Positions 37,780-45,790 of a stretch of 64,000 bases of DNA are shown piece after piece. The stretch is from Acidimicrobiales bacterium (GTDB lineage: Bacteria > Actinomycetota > Acidimicrobiia > Acidimicrobiales > SZUA-35), in the NCBI GenBank assembly GCA_050330635.1, contig JBHJNQ010000024.1, forward strand, positions 38,374 to 102,373, read 5' to 3'. The notes under the pieces are model-generated. The model saw nothing but the letters and a program-made list of their open reading frames with translations, was not told the origin of the DNA and did no database searches. Position 1 is the stretch's first letter, and the number at the start of each line of letters is the position of its first letter. Both the position numbers and the translations under genes were made by a program.

Positions 37780-38235
37780 TCAAACGGTGAACCACTCGGT
37801 GACGATGTCGCCCCCCTCGACGGTGGCCACCAGACGCACCGGGCCCGACACCGGTCGGGGGAAGCGGAACTGACCCTCGCCGTCGCACGACTGGATGTCG
37901 GCCCCGCCATCGGCCCGCACCAGCCGGATCGACATGGCGGGTGGCACGACCTGACCGAGGAGGGCCTCGGGGCCGATCTCGATCTCGACCGAGGCCCCGG
38001 ACGTAGCGAACGACAGGTGGACCGACGACCCGCCGGTGCGGACGAGGACCTCGTCGGATCCGGCGAGCGAATCGAACTGGAGATGGGCCAGCTCCTCGTC
38101 GACCGTGCGCCACACGAAGGCGGCCCGGGCCGCCGCCATCAGACGGTCGGGCACGGGATCGAAGGCGTTGACCGCGGTCCGCAGCTCGTCGAGCAGGCGG
38201 TCGTCGTCGAGGTCGTCGGAGGTCTCAGCGTTCAT
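37780..38235 (-). CDS. 151-aa soluble protein coupled to the ECF sigma (candidate cytoplasmic anti-sigma/partner)
   Basis: Its ATG shares a base with the sigma stop (TGATG). Acidic helical N-terminus (DDLDDDRLLDELRTAV), beta-rich C-terminus (GQFRFPRPVSGPVRLVATVEGG). No TM segment. Confidence 0.7.
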   Translation of the reverse strand: MNAETSDDLDDDRLLDELRTAVNAFDPVPDRLMAAARAAFVWRTVDEELAHLQFDSLAGSDEVLVRTGGSSVHLSFATSGASVEIEIGPEALLGQVVPPAMSIRLVRADGGADIQSCDGEGQFRFPRPVSGPVRLVATVEGGDIVTEWFTV

Positions 38236-38846
38236 CAATCCTGTCCCAACAGGTGCATTCCCCGGGATGACCGGAGCTTGTCGAGGCATCGGGCCCGGGT
38301 GGGTCCGATGCTGCCGATCGACATGCCGAGCAGCTCGCTCACCCGCTCGTAGGAGAGGGGTGGATCGGCGATGAGGAGGCGCAGCAGACGCTGGCAGGCC
38401 TCCGAGAGGGAGCCGAAGGCCCGCCACAGGACCTCGTCACGGGCCTCGTCCATGGCGCCCTGGTCGACCCGGGCGTCATGGTCGACGAGGTCGATCTCGA
38501 AGTCGTCGCGCAGCTTCTCCCGCCCTCCCACCCTGACGGTTCGCAGGCACTCGTTGCGGGCCGTGCTGGCCAGCCACCCACCGAGGCTGTCGGGCTGACG
38601 GATCCGGTCGAGATGCTCGGCCAGGCGGAGCCACGTGGTCTGGTAGACGTCCTCGCCGACGGCGTCGGGGAGACGGAAGCCGCGGATGACGTGCCACACC
38701 AGCCCCGCGAATCTGGCCACCAACTCGTTCCACGCTCCCTCGTCGCCGTCACGCGCCGCTCCGACGAGGGTGGCCAGGTCGCTGTTCACGACGGCCATCC
38801 TAGGGGTCGCCTCCTGCGGCCTCGGCATCGACGGTGACGCGCTCAT
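38235..38846 (-). CDS. ECF-type sigma-70 family RNA polymerase sigma factor (alternative start 38798)
   Basis: Region 2 (AWNELVARFAGLVWHVIRGF...DVYQTTWLRL) and region 4 (LSYERVSELLGMSIGSIGPTRARCLDKLR). The ATG at 38846 overlaps the S8 stop (ATGA). Confidence 0.88.
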   Translation of the reverse strand: MSASPSMPRPQEATPRMAVVNSDLATLVGAARDGDEGAWNELVARFAGLVWHVIRGFRLPDAVGEDVYQTTWLRLAEHLDRIRQPDSLGGWLASTARNECLRTVRVGGREKLRDDFEIDLVDHDARVDQGAMDEARDEVLWRAFGSLSEACQRLLRLLIADPPLSYERVSELLGMSIGSIGPTRARCLDKLRSSRGMHLLGQD

Positions 38847-40207
38847 GGGTGGGCGTTCACGACGGTGCCGAGAGCGGGATGACGGTAGAGGTGGGCCTCG
38901 TCGATGATGCGGACCACGGCCTCGGCGGGGGTGCAGGCATGGCGGACGCAGCATTGGAGCAGGGCGCCGACCACGATCGGGGCGGCGAACGACGTGCCAC
39001 TCCACCGGGCCCACCCGTCGAAGTGCCCGTCCCGCCCGTCGGTCGGCAGCGTTTTGGGGTCGCCTCCGGCGGGGACGAAGAAGTTGCTGACGATGTCCAT
39101 GCCGGGGGCACAGGCCCGAACCCACGGACCGAAGTTGGTGAAGGGCGCCGGCCCGCCGGGGCCGAGGGCGCCCACCGATACGACGCCGGGCTGGGCCGCC
39201 GGCCACGACGGCCGGTAGCTGGCGCTGTTGCCGGCCGAGGCCACCACGACCGAACCACGGGCCATCACGTGTTCCAGGACCCGGGTGATCGCCATCGGGG
39301 GCCGGTCGTCCTCGGTGTAACCGCTGAACGAGAGGTTGAACACGTCGGGCAACTGGTGGGGGGCGAGGGCCGCGATCTGCTTGGCGATGTAGGCGTCGTC
39401 GCCGACCCCGAACGTGTTGAGGACGCGGTCGACCCGGATGCGGGCCCCGGGAACCATGCGGTCGATGATCCCGGCGATGAAGGTGCCATGGCCGGCCGCG
39501 GTGTCGACCTCGTCGTTGCGGTCCTCGTCGGGTCGGTCGACGTCGACCCCCTCGGCGACCGGCTGGACCCCGCCCACGAAGGCGGGGCGGAAGTCGGAGA
39601 ACGCCAGGCCGGTGTCGTACACCCGCACCTGGAGTCTGGCGTGGGCCGGTACCGGGGCGGGCAGCGGCCCCGGATGGGCGCACCCCACGGCCAGGGTCTG
39701 GGTCGGCGCCTCGGCTGGCGTGACCGGTGCCTGGTAGGTCCCGAAGCAGTCGGCGCAGCACCCGCCGGCCGTGCCCAGACCGGCATTGGCGAACGTCACC
39801 GGGTTGGCGAACGTGACCGGGTTGGCGAACGTCACGGGGTTGGCGAACGTGACCGGGTTGGCCCGGGTGAACGAGTCGAGCTTCACCGGATCGGCGAAGA
39901 AAACGTGGTTGACCTGGGCCTCCACCCCGAGCGAGCGGAGCCGGCGGGCGACCGACACCACGTCGACCCCCGAGCCGGGGGCGAACACGACGAGGAACAG
40001 CTCCTCGGGGATGATCGAGTCGTCGACCTGATAGTCCGTTCCCTCGGGCACGACCCGCCGCAGCGCCTCCAGACCGGGTGGGGTGAGGAGTAGCTCGTTC
40101 GGTTCGTAGACGAACGGCCGACCGCCACTGCCCGTCCCGAACCCGACCCGTGAGAGCCAGTTCGGGTCCCAGGGGCGATCCATTTCGACGTTCTTGTCCA
40201 CAGCCAC
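38843..40207 (-). CDS. S8 (subtilisin-like) serine peptidase without a signal peptide; N-terminal propeptide-like domain plus (ANPVTF)x4 linker
   Basis: Catalytic motifs VYDTG (Asp), AAGHGTF (His), SGTSFAAP (Ser). No hydrophobic N-terminus. GTG start with gagaggga as RBS. Confidence 0.88.
   Translation of the reverse strand: MAVDKNVEMDRPWDPNWLSRVGFGTGSGGRPFVYEPNELLLTPPGLEALRRVVPEGTDYQVDDSIIPEELFLVVFAPGSGVDVVSVARRLRSLGVEAQVNHVFFADPVKLDSFTRANPVTFANPVTFANPVTFANPVTFANAGLGTAGGCCADCFGTYQAPVTPAEAPTQTLAVGCAHPGPLPAPVPAHARLQVRVYDTGLAFSDFRPAFVGGVQPVAEGVDVDRPDEDRNDEVDTAAGHGTFIAGIIDRMVPGARIRVDRVLNTFGVGDDAYIAKQIAALAPHQLPDVFNLSFSGYTEDDRPPMAITRVLEHVMARGSVVVASAGNSASYRPSWPAAQPGVVSVGALGPGGPAPFTNFGPWVRACAPGMDIVSNFFVPAGGDPKTLPTDGRDGHFDGWARWSGTSFAAPIVVGALLQCCVRHACTPAEAVVRIIDEAHLYRHPALGTVVNAHP
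39788..39859 (-). repeat. 18-nt in-frame tandem repeat x4 encoding ANPVTF
   Basis: ggcgaacgt[c/g]ac[c/g]gggtt x4. Units differ only at synonymous positions. Confidence 0.9.
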
Positions 40208-40400
40208 CGTCAGTCGTTCCCTCTCTCGGACGGGAGTGGTGTCCTCGCTTCACTTGAGCGCAACGCCGCCCCCCTGATACGTCGACCGCGTGACACCGAC
40301 GCTGTGACGCCCGTCCCGCCTCGGGCGACGCCACGGCCGGGCGTGACACAATCGACCAACCACCGTCGCAGCGAACATAGTCGGTTCGGGAGGTCGCGCC

Positions 40401-43064
40401 GTGAACAGGGCTCGCAGCGCCCTCGACAATGTCCAGAGCACACCGACGGTCGCCATCGGCCAGGCCCGCGCCATCCTCGCCGACTCCTCGGCCACCGACG
40501 AGGAGCGGGCGACTGCGCTGTGGGCCATGGGCCGGGCCGCCAGCGAGCTCGACGACGTCGAGCGGGCGACCGCCTCGTTGGAGGACGGGCTGGCCATCGC
40601 CCTCGCCGCCGGGCTGGCGGCCCTGGCCTCCGACATCCGCGTCAGCCTCTCGGTGCTCCGCCTCACCGGAGGCGACACCGCCGGTGCCCGGGCCCTGCTG
40701 GACGAGGCCGAGGCCGACGCCAGCGCCGGCGGCCCGCGGGGCCGTCTGGTGATGCAGCGCGGGCTCGTCGACCTCCACGTCGGTGACCTCGAGGCCGCCA
40801 TCGCCCACCTCGATGCCGCGCTCCCTCACCTGGCCGATGGGGGCGACGAGATGGCCCGGGCCCGCCTCCTCATCAACCGGGGTGTGGCCCTGATCGTCTC
40901 GGGGGAGCTCGACCGGGGCGAGGCCGACTGTCTCGGGGCCCGGGAGCTGGCCGACCGGCTGGGGCAACGCATGATCAGCGCCGGCGCGGCCCAGAACCTC
41001 GGCTTCGTGGCCGATCGCAAGGGCGACCTCCCCGCCGCCCTGGCCTGGTTCGACGAGGCCCGGGCCGGCTACGCCGCCCTCGGCTCGCCCCGCCGGGTCA
41101 TGGTGACCCTCGAAACCGATCACGGGTCGGTGCTGCTCAACGGTGGCCTCTACGCCGAGGCCGCAGCGGCGGCCGAGCGGGCGGCCGCCCTGGCCGGAGC
41201 GGCCGGCAACCGGCTGGCCGAGGGCGAGGCGGTCCTCCTCCTCGCCCGGGCCCGGCTGGCCGAGGGCGACCACGCCGGAGCCGAACGCCACGCCACCGCC
41301 GCCGCCGACCACTTCGAGCACTGCGATCGACGGTCGTGGGTGGCGGCCGCCGAGTACATCGGACTCCAGGCGGCAGCGGCGCGGATCGCCACCCCCGACG
41401 AGGTGCTGCTCGACCGGGCGGTCACCATTGCCGACGCCCTCGATGCCAGCGGCCGCCGCCGGGAGGCGCTCGAGGTGAGGACGTTCGCCGGCCGGACGGC
41501 CCTCGCCCTCGGCCGGGCCGACACGGCCCGCCACCAGCTCACCCTCGCCGCCGCCGCCCGCGACTCCGGTTCGTCGTCGGTCAGGGCCGACGCCTGGCTG
41601 GCCGCCGCCTCCCTCCACCTCGTCGACGGCGACAAGCCGGCCGCGGCCCGGGCCCTGGCCCGGGGTATGGACATCGTGGAGGAACGGCGCTCGATGCTGG
41701 GCTCCACCGAGCTGCGGGCCCACGCCTCGATCAATGCCTCCGGGCTGGCCGAGCTCGGCCTCCGGCTCGCCTTCGACGACGACTCCCCGGCCGAGGTGCT
41801 GCGATGGGCCGAACGATGGCACGCCGGCGCCATCCGCCAGCCCCCGGAACAGCCCCGACCGGGCAGTCGGCTGGCCGAGGCCCTCGTCGAGCTCCGCCAG
41901 GCCCACGCCGACGCTGCCGCCGGCCCCAGCGACCCGTTCGACGACGACGGTGTCGACGGCACGATCGCCCGGCTGGAGCGCCAGATCCGTCACCTCAGCC
42001 GCCAGGTGGCCACGAACGGCGGCGGCCCCGACCATGGCGGACCGGTCGACGCGGAGGCGCTCGGTGCGCTCCTCGGCGAGGACCTTCTCGTGGAGCTCGT
42101 CGTCGTCGGGTCGGAGCTCCGGGCGGTCACGGTGACCGCCGACCGGTTGCAGACGCACCGGCTGGCCTCCACCGACCTCGTGGCCGACCTCGTCGACAAG
42201 GCGGGATCGGCCCTGGCCCGGCTGGCCTACGGCCGGAGCCCGGACCGGGTCCGCCAGGCGACGAGCCGGGCCCTGGCCGACTCGGCCTCCCGGCTCGACG
42301 AGCTGCTCCTGGCACCGCTCGACCTCCCCCCGGACGTTCGGGTGGTGGTCGTTCCCACCGGCCCTCTCCAGCGCCTCCCGTTCGCCCTCCTCCCCAGGTT
42401 GGCCGACCGGCCGGTGACGGTGACCCCGAGCGCGTCGGTGTGGGCCGCCGGTGCCGTCCCTGCGGACGGCCGACACGGGGCCCGGGCCCGGACCGTACTG
42501 GCGTGCGGGACCGCCCTGCCGGGCGGCGAGCGGGAGGTCGACGACCTGCGCTCCCTCTACCCCGATCCGACGGTGCTGGTCGGTTCGGCCGCCACCGTTC
42601 CCGCCGTGGCCGGGGCCATGGAGTGGGCCGACATCGTCCACCTGGCCGCCCACGGACGGTTCCGCCACGACAACCCCATGTTCTCCTCCCTCGCCCTGCA
42701 CGACGGACCGTTGACCGTGTACGACATCGAGTCGCTCCGGTCGGCCCCCCGAACCGTGATCCTCTCGGCCTGCGACGCCGCCCGGGCGTCGGTCCATCGG
42801 GGCGACGAGCTGCTGGGCACGGCGGCGTCGCTGCTCCAGGTCGGCGTTCGCACCGTGGTGGCCCCGATGACCGTCGTGCCGGACGCCAGGGCCGTGCCCC
42901 GCCTCATGGTCGAGCTCCACCGCCGGCTGGTGGCGGGCGACCGCCCGGACGAGGCGCTGGTGCGGGCCCGCCAGGTGCTGGTTGCCGAGTTCGACGCCCT
43001 CGACATGGCCGTGGCCGCCGCCTTCGTCGCCATCGGCACACACCTTCCCCGAGTGTCATCGTGA
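40401..43064 (+). CDS. TPR-like repeat / CHAT domain (caspase-like) protease, 887 aa
   Basis: About 600 aa of Ala/Leu-rich helical repeats, then a CHAT core with His in IVHLAAHGRF (codon 42651-42653) and Cys in VILSACDA (42771-42773). GTG start after gggagg. Confidence 0.88.
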   Translation: MNRARSALDNVQSTPTVAIGQARAILADSSATDEERATALWAMGRAASELDDVERATASLEDGLAIALAAGLAALASDIRVSLSVLRLTGGDTAGARALLDEAEADASAGGPRGRLVMQRGLVDLHVGDLEAAIAHLDAALPHLADGGDEMARARLLINRGVALIVSGELDRGEADCLGARELADRLGQRMISAGAAQNLGFVADRKGDLPAALAWFDEARAGYAALGSPRRVMVTLETDHGSVLLNGGLYAEAAAAAERAAALAGAAGNRLAEGEAVLLLARARLAEGDHAGAERHATAAADHFEHCDRRSWVAAAEYIGLQAAAARIATPDEVLLDRAVTIADALDASGRRREALEVRTFAGRTALALGRADTARHQLTLAAAARDSGSSSVRADAWLAAASLHLVDGDKPAAARALARGMDIVEERRSMLGSTELRAHASINASGLAELGLRLAFDDDSPAEVLRWAERWHAGAIRQPPEQPRPGSRLAEALVELRQAHADAAAGPSDPFDDDGVDGTIARLERQIRHLSRQVATNGGGPDHGGPVDAEALGALLGEDLLVELVVVGSELRAVTVTADRLQTHRLASTDLVADLVDKAGSALARLAYGRSPDRVRQATSRALADSASRLDELLLAPLDLPPDVRVVVVPTGPLQRLPFALLPRLADRPVTVTPSASVWAAGAVPADGRHGARARTVLACGTALPGGEREVDDLRSLYPDPTVLVGSAATVPAVAGAMEWADIVHLAAHGRFRHDNPMFSSLALHDGPLTVYDIESLRSAPRTVILSACDAARASVHRGDELLGTAASLLQVGVRTVVAPMTVVPDARAVPRLMVELHRRLVAGDRPDEALVRARQVLVAEFDALDMAVAAAFVAIGTHLPRVSS

Positions 43065-43185
43065 GGTCCGCCGGGAGCCTCCGGCACCTGACCTGGGGAC
43101 GGCGACCCACCCGCCCGGTGAGGATCTGCTCAGGCGGGCTACGCTGCCGGCTCTGTACGGTGTCGATTGTTGGGGCGACAGACGT

Positions 43186-43220
43186 CATGACGGCCGGCTG
43201 TGGGGCGGTCGGCCGTCATG
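43186..43220 (+). promoter_or_regulatory. 11-bp perfect inverted repeat (CATGACGGCCG ... CGGCCGTCATG) with a 13-nt spacer
   Basis: Lies between the CHAT stop (43064) and the pentapeptide gene ATG (43250). Could be a terminator or an operator. Confidence 0.4.
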
Positions 43221-43249
43221 CAGTCGCTCGAAAGGGAAGTGGCGGACCC

Positions 43250-44686
43250 ATGGAGTCTCCGATGTCGTCGACGTCCGAGCCGACGCCCCCGCGGCGACGG
43301 CTGGAGCCCGTCGCCCTCGCCCTGGCCGGCCTCGCCGTCGTGGTGGTGGGGCTCGCTGTCGGAGTGGCCCGCTACCGCTCGATCGGTGACGACGAGCCAC
43401 TGACGATGGTAGTGGCCGACGTCGCCGTCGTCGGATGGGTGCTGGGGGGCGGCCTGTCTGCCATCGCCCTGGCCGTGTTCTGGTCGGGCCGGCAACGGTT
43501 GGCCGTCGCCGAGCGGGGGGCGGCGGTGGCCGCGGCCCACCTGGCCGCCGTCAACGACCAGCTCGCGCTCCAACGCCAGGCCGCCGACCGCCAGCTCGTG
43601 GTAGCGGAGCAGAATCTCCGGTCGGACCGTTTCGCCCAGGCGGTGTTGCAGTCGTCGGGCCGCTCGGCGGCGCTGCGGAAGGTGGGCCTGCTGGCGATGG
43701 AGGGCCTCGCCGTCGACTTCGAGGGCCGGTTCGCCGCCTCCACCTACGAGTTCCTGGTGGCCGTCGTGCGCGAACGGTTGACCGACCTCGCCGCCGTCAC
43801 GGTGCGACCGGGAGCCGATCCCGATGTCGTGACCGCCCTCGGCATCCTGGCCCGCAACCGGGAGCTGTTCGACCGCAGCAACGAGGCCCTGGCCGCTGAC
43901 ACCGCGGCCCGGGGCGGTACCGGTGTCCACCTCCTCGATCTCGACCTGTCGGGCGCCCGCCTCCACGCCCTCGACCTGGCCGACGCCACCCTCAGCGGGG
44001 TGCGGCTGGTGGGCGCCAGCCTCGACGAGGTCACCTTGGCCGGCGCCGTGCTGAACGGCTGCAGGCTGGACGACGTCCAGTTGTCGGCGTGCGATCTCGC
44101 TCGGACCCGCCTCTACGGCTGCAACCTCGCCGACGCCGTCGTGGCCGACACCTCGTTCGAGCGGGCCACGATCCGTGGCTCCGCATTCGACCGCTCGGCC
44201 CTGACCGGCGCCAGCTTCCGTCGGGCCAACCTCACCGACGTGTCCATGGCCGACGCAGCGCTGGGGCGCGTCAGCTTCGACGACGCCCTCCTCACCGATG
44301 CCGACCTGACCGGGGTCTCGGTCGGGCCCGGCACGACCTTCACCCGGGCCACCCTGTCGTCGGTGGATCTGTCACGATCGGTCGTCGACGGGGCCAGCTT
44401 CGCCAGCGCCACCGTCAACGACACACGCCTGACGGGGGCCCGCGTCGACGACACCAGCTTCCATCGGGCCTCACTCCGCCAGTGCAACGTGGGGGCGGCC
44501 ACGTTCACCGCCGTCGATTTCACCGACGCCACGGCCAGCGACGTCGACTTCGGTTCGGCCGACCTCGTCGGCACCGACCGTCCGCCAGCACCCGCGGCCA
44601 TGACCGGCGCCCCGTCGGCCACCGCCACGACCGCGACCTCGACGACCGCCACCGCCCCCACCGCCCCGACGACACCCACCGCCTGA
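43250..44686 (+). CDS. Membrane-anchored pentapeptide-repeat protein
   Basis: Two N-terminal TM helices, then a helical region (NLRSDRFAQAVLQ...). About 200 aa of A(D/N)LxG-type pentapeptide repeats (LSGARLHALDLADATLSGVRLVGASL...). Pro/Thr/Ala tail. RBS aaagggaag. Confidence 0.85.
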   Translation: MESPMSSTSEPTPPRRRLEPVALALAGLAVVVVGLAVGVARYRSIGDDEPLTMVVADVAVVGWVLGGGLSAIALAVFWSGRQRLAVAERGAAVAAAHLAAVNDQLALQRQAADRQLVVAEQNLRSDRFAQAVLQSSGRSAALRKVGLLAMEGLAVDFEGRFAASTYEFLVAVVRERLTDLAAVTVRPGADPDVVTALGILARNRELFDRSNEALAADTAARGGTGVHLLDLDLSGARLHALDLADATLSGVRLVGASLDEVTLAGAVLNGCRLDDVQLSACDLARTRLYGCNLADAVVADTSFERATIRGSAFDRSALTGASFRRANLTDVSMADAALGRVSFDDALLTDADLTGVSVGPGTTFTRATLSSVDLSRSVVDGASFASATVNDTRLTGARVDDTSFHRASLRQCNVGAATFTAVDFTDATASDVDFGSADLVGTDRPPAPAAMTGAPSATATTATSTTATAPTAPTTPTA

Positions 44687-44744
44687 CGGCGCACCCGTCC
44701 GGGAGGCACTTCGCCGGGGAGCGGTGGATGGCTAGGGTGGTGGG

Positions 44745-45770
44745 ATGGTGCCGCTTCCCGATCCCACCGACGGCCAGGTGGTGTCCGACGCCCTCGGGGG
44801 CATGGTGCCCCACTCGTCGGTGCTGCCGGACGTCCTCCCGACCGATCGGCTCCTGGCCAACGGCAGGGCGGTTCCCCCCATCAGGGCCGAGCTGCGCCGG
44901 ATCCCCGACCGGCGCAACGCCCTCACCGTGGCCTGGCTGTGGACGGAGACGGTGGGCGTCGTCGCCCTCGCCGCCTGGTTGGCCCACCCCCTGGCCTACG
45001 TCGCCGCCTTCCTCCTCATGGGCCGGGCGATCGTGCGGTTCAACATCCTCGGCCACGAGGCCGTCCACCGCACCCTGTTCACCGACAAGCGCCTCAACGA
45101 TCTCGTCGGCCGCTACCTGCTCTCCTACCACGCCCTCGTCCCGTTCGAGCTGTACCGGCGGGGCCACCTCGACCACCACCGCGACGAGCTGGGCCCGGCC
45201 GAACCCGACACCGCCCTCTACGCCAACTTCCCGATCACCCGGTCGTCGCTGCGGCGCAAGCTCATCCGCGACGCCACCGGACAGTCGGGGTGGAAGATCC
45301 TGGCCGGTCTGCTGCGGGGGGTGCGCAACCAGCGGACGCGGCCCGTCGCCGTCCGCATCCTCGGCGCCCAGGCCGTGCTCCTCGCCGTTGCCGTCGCCGT
45401 CGGTCGGCCCGAGTTGTGGCTGTTCCTGTGGTTCCTCCCGTGGCTGACCCTGTGGCGGGTCCTCAACCGGCTGCGGGCCATCGCCGAGCACGGTGGCATG
45501 ACCCGCTCCGACGACCGCCGCATGACCACCCACCACGTGCGCCAGGGACCGCTGGCCCGGTTCTGGCTCGTTCCTTACCGGGTGGGCTGGCACCTGGCCC
45601 ACCACGTCGACATGGGGGTGCCGTGCCGGAACCTGCCGGCCCTGCACCGCGAACTCGTGGCCTCCGGTTGGGTCACCGAGGGCTACGTCTGGCCGAGCTA
45701 CCGGGCCCTGTGGTCGGCGCTCAGCTCGAGGCCCGAACCGTCGCCCCGAGCCGCCGCCGTGGCGTCCTGA
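44745..45770 (+). CDS. Membrane fatty-acid desaturase family protein
   Basis: Histidine boxes HEAVHR, HLDHHRDE and HHVDMGVP. Confidence 0.88.
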   Translation: MVPLPDPTDGQVVSDALGGMVPHSSVLPDVLPTDRLLANGRAVPPIRAELRRIPDRRNALTVAWLWTETVGVVALAAWLAHPLAYVAAFLLMGRAIVRFNILGHEAVHRTLFTDKRLNDLVGRYLLSYHALVPFELYRRGHLDHHRDELGPAEPDTALYANFPITRSSLRRKLIRDATGQSGWKILAGLLRGVRNQRTRPVAVRILGAQAVLLAVAVAVGRPELWLFLWFLPWLTLWRVLNRLRAIAEHGGMTRSDDRRMTTHHVRQGPLARFWLVPYRVGWHLAHHVDMGVPCRNLPALHRELVASGWVTEGYVWPSYRALWSALSSRPEPSPRAAAVAS

Positions 45771-45790
45771 GCCCGACCGCCGGGCTCAGG
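45766..45790. terminator. Bidirectional hairpin with both convergent stop codons inside the stem
   Basis: cctgagcccg-accgc-cgggctcagg: a 10-bp perfect stem. TGA at 45768-45770 (+ gene) and TCA at 45786-45788 (- gene). Confidence 0.5.

Noticed and set aside
37780-38235. The 151-aa protein next to CHAT/S8 proteases considered as a bacterial gasdermin
   Set aside because: It is too short (gasdermins are about 240-270 aa). It is positioned and translationally coupled like a sigma partner. I saw nothing resembling a gasdermin N-terminal pore-forming region.
38235-43043. A 1602-aa minus-strand ORF spanning the sigma, S8 and CHAT regions
   Set aside because: Only its last ~200 codons (the ECF sigma) look like protein. 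The rest is Arg/Gly/Pro-rich shadow sequence that lies out of frame over the S8 gene and then antisense to the well-supported CHAT gene. Long open frames like this are expected at about 70% GC.
41336-43249. The 5' extension of the pentapeptide-repeat ORF (the track calls 41336..44686, 1116 aa)
   Set aside because: The upstream 638 codons are Arg/Pro/Gly-rich and overlap the CHAT gene in another frame. A good RBS and ATG at 43250 precede the TM helices.
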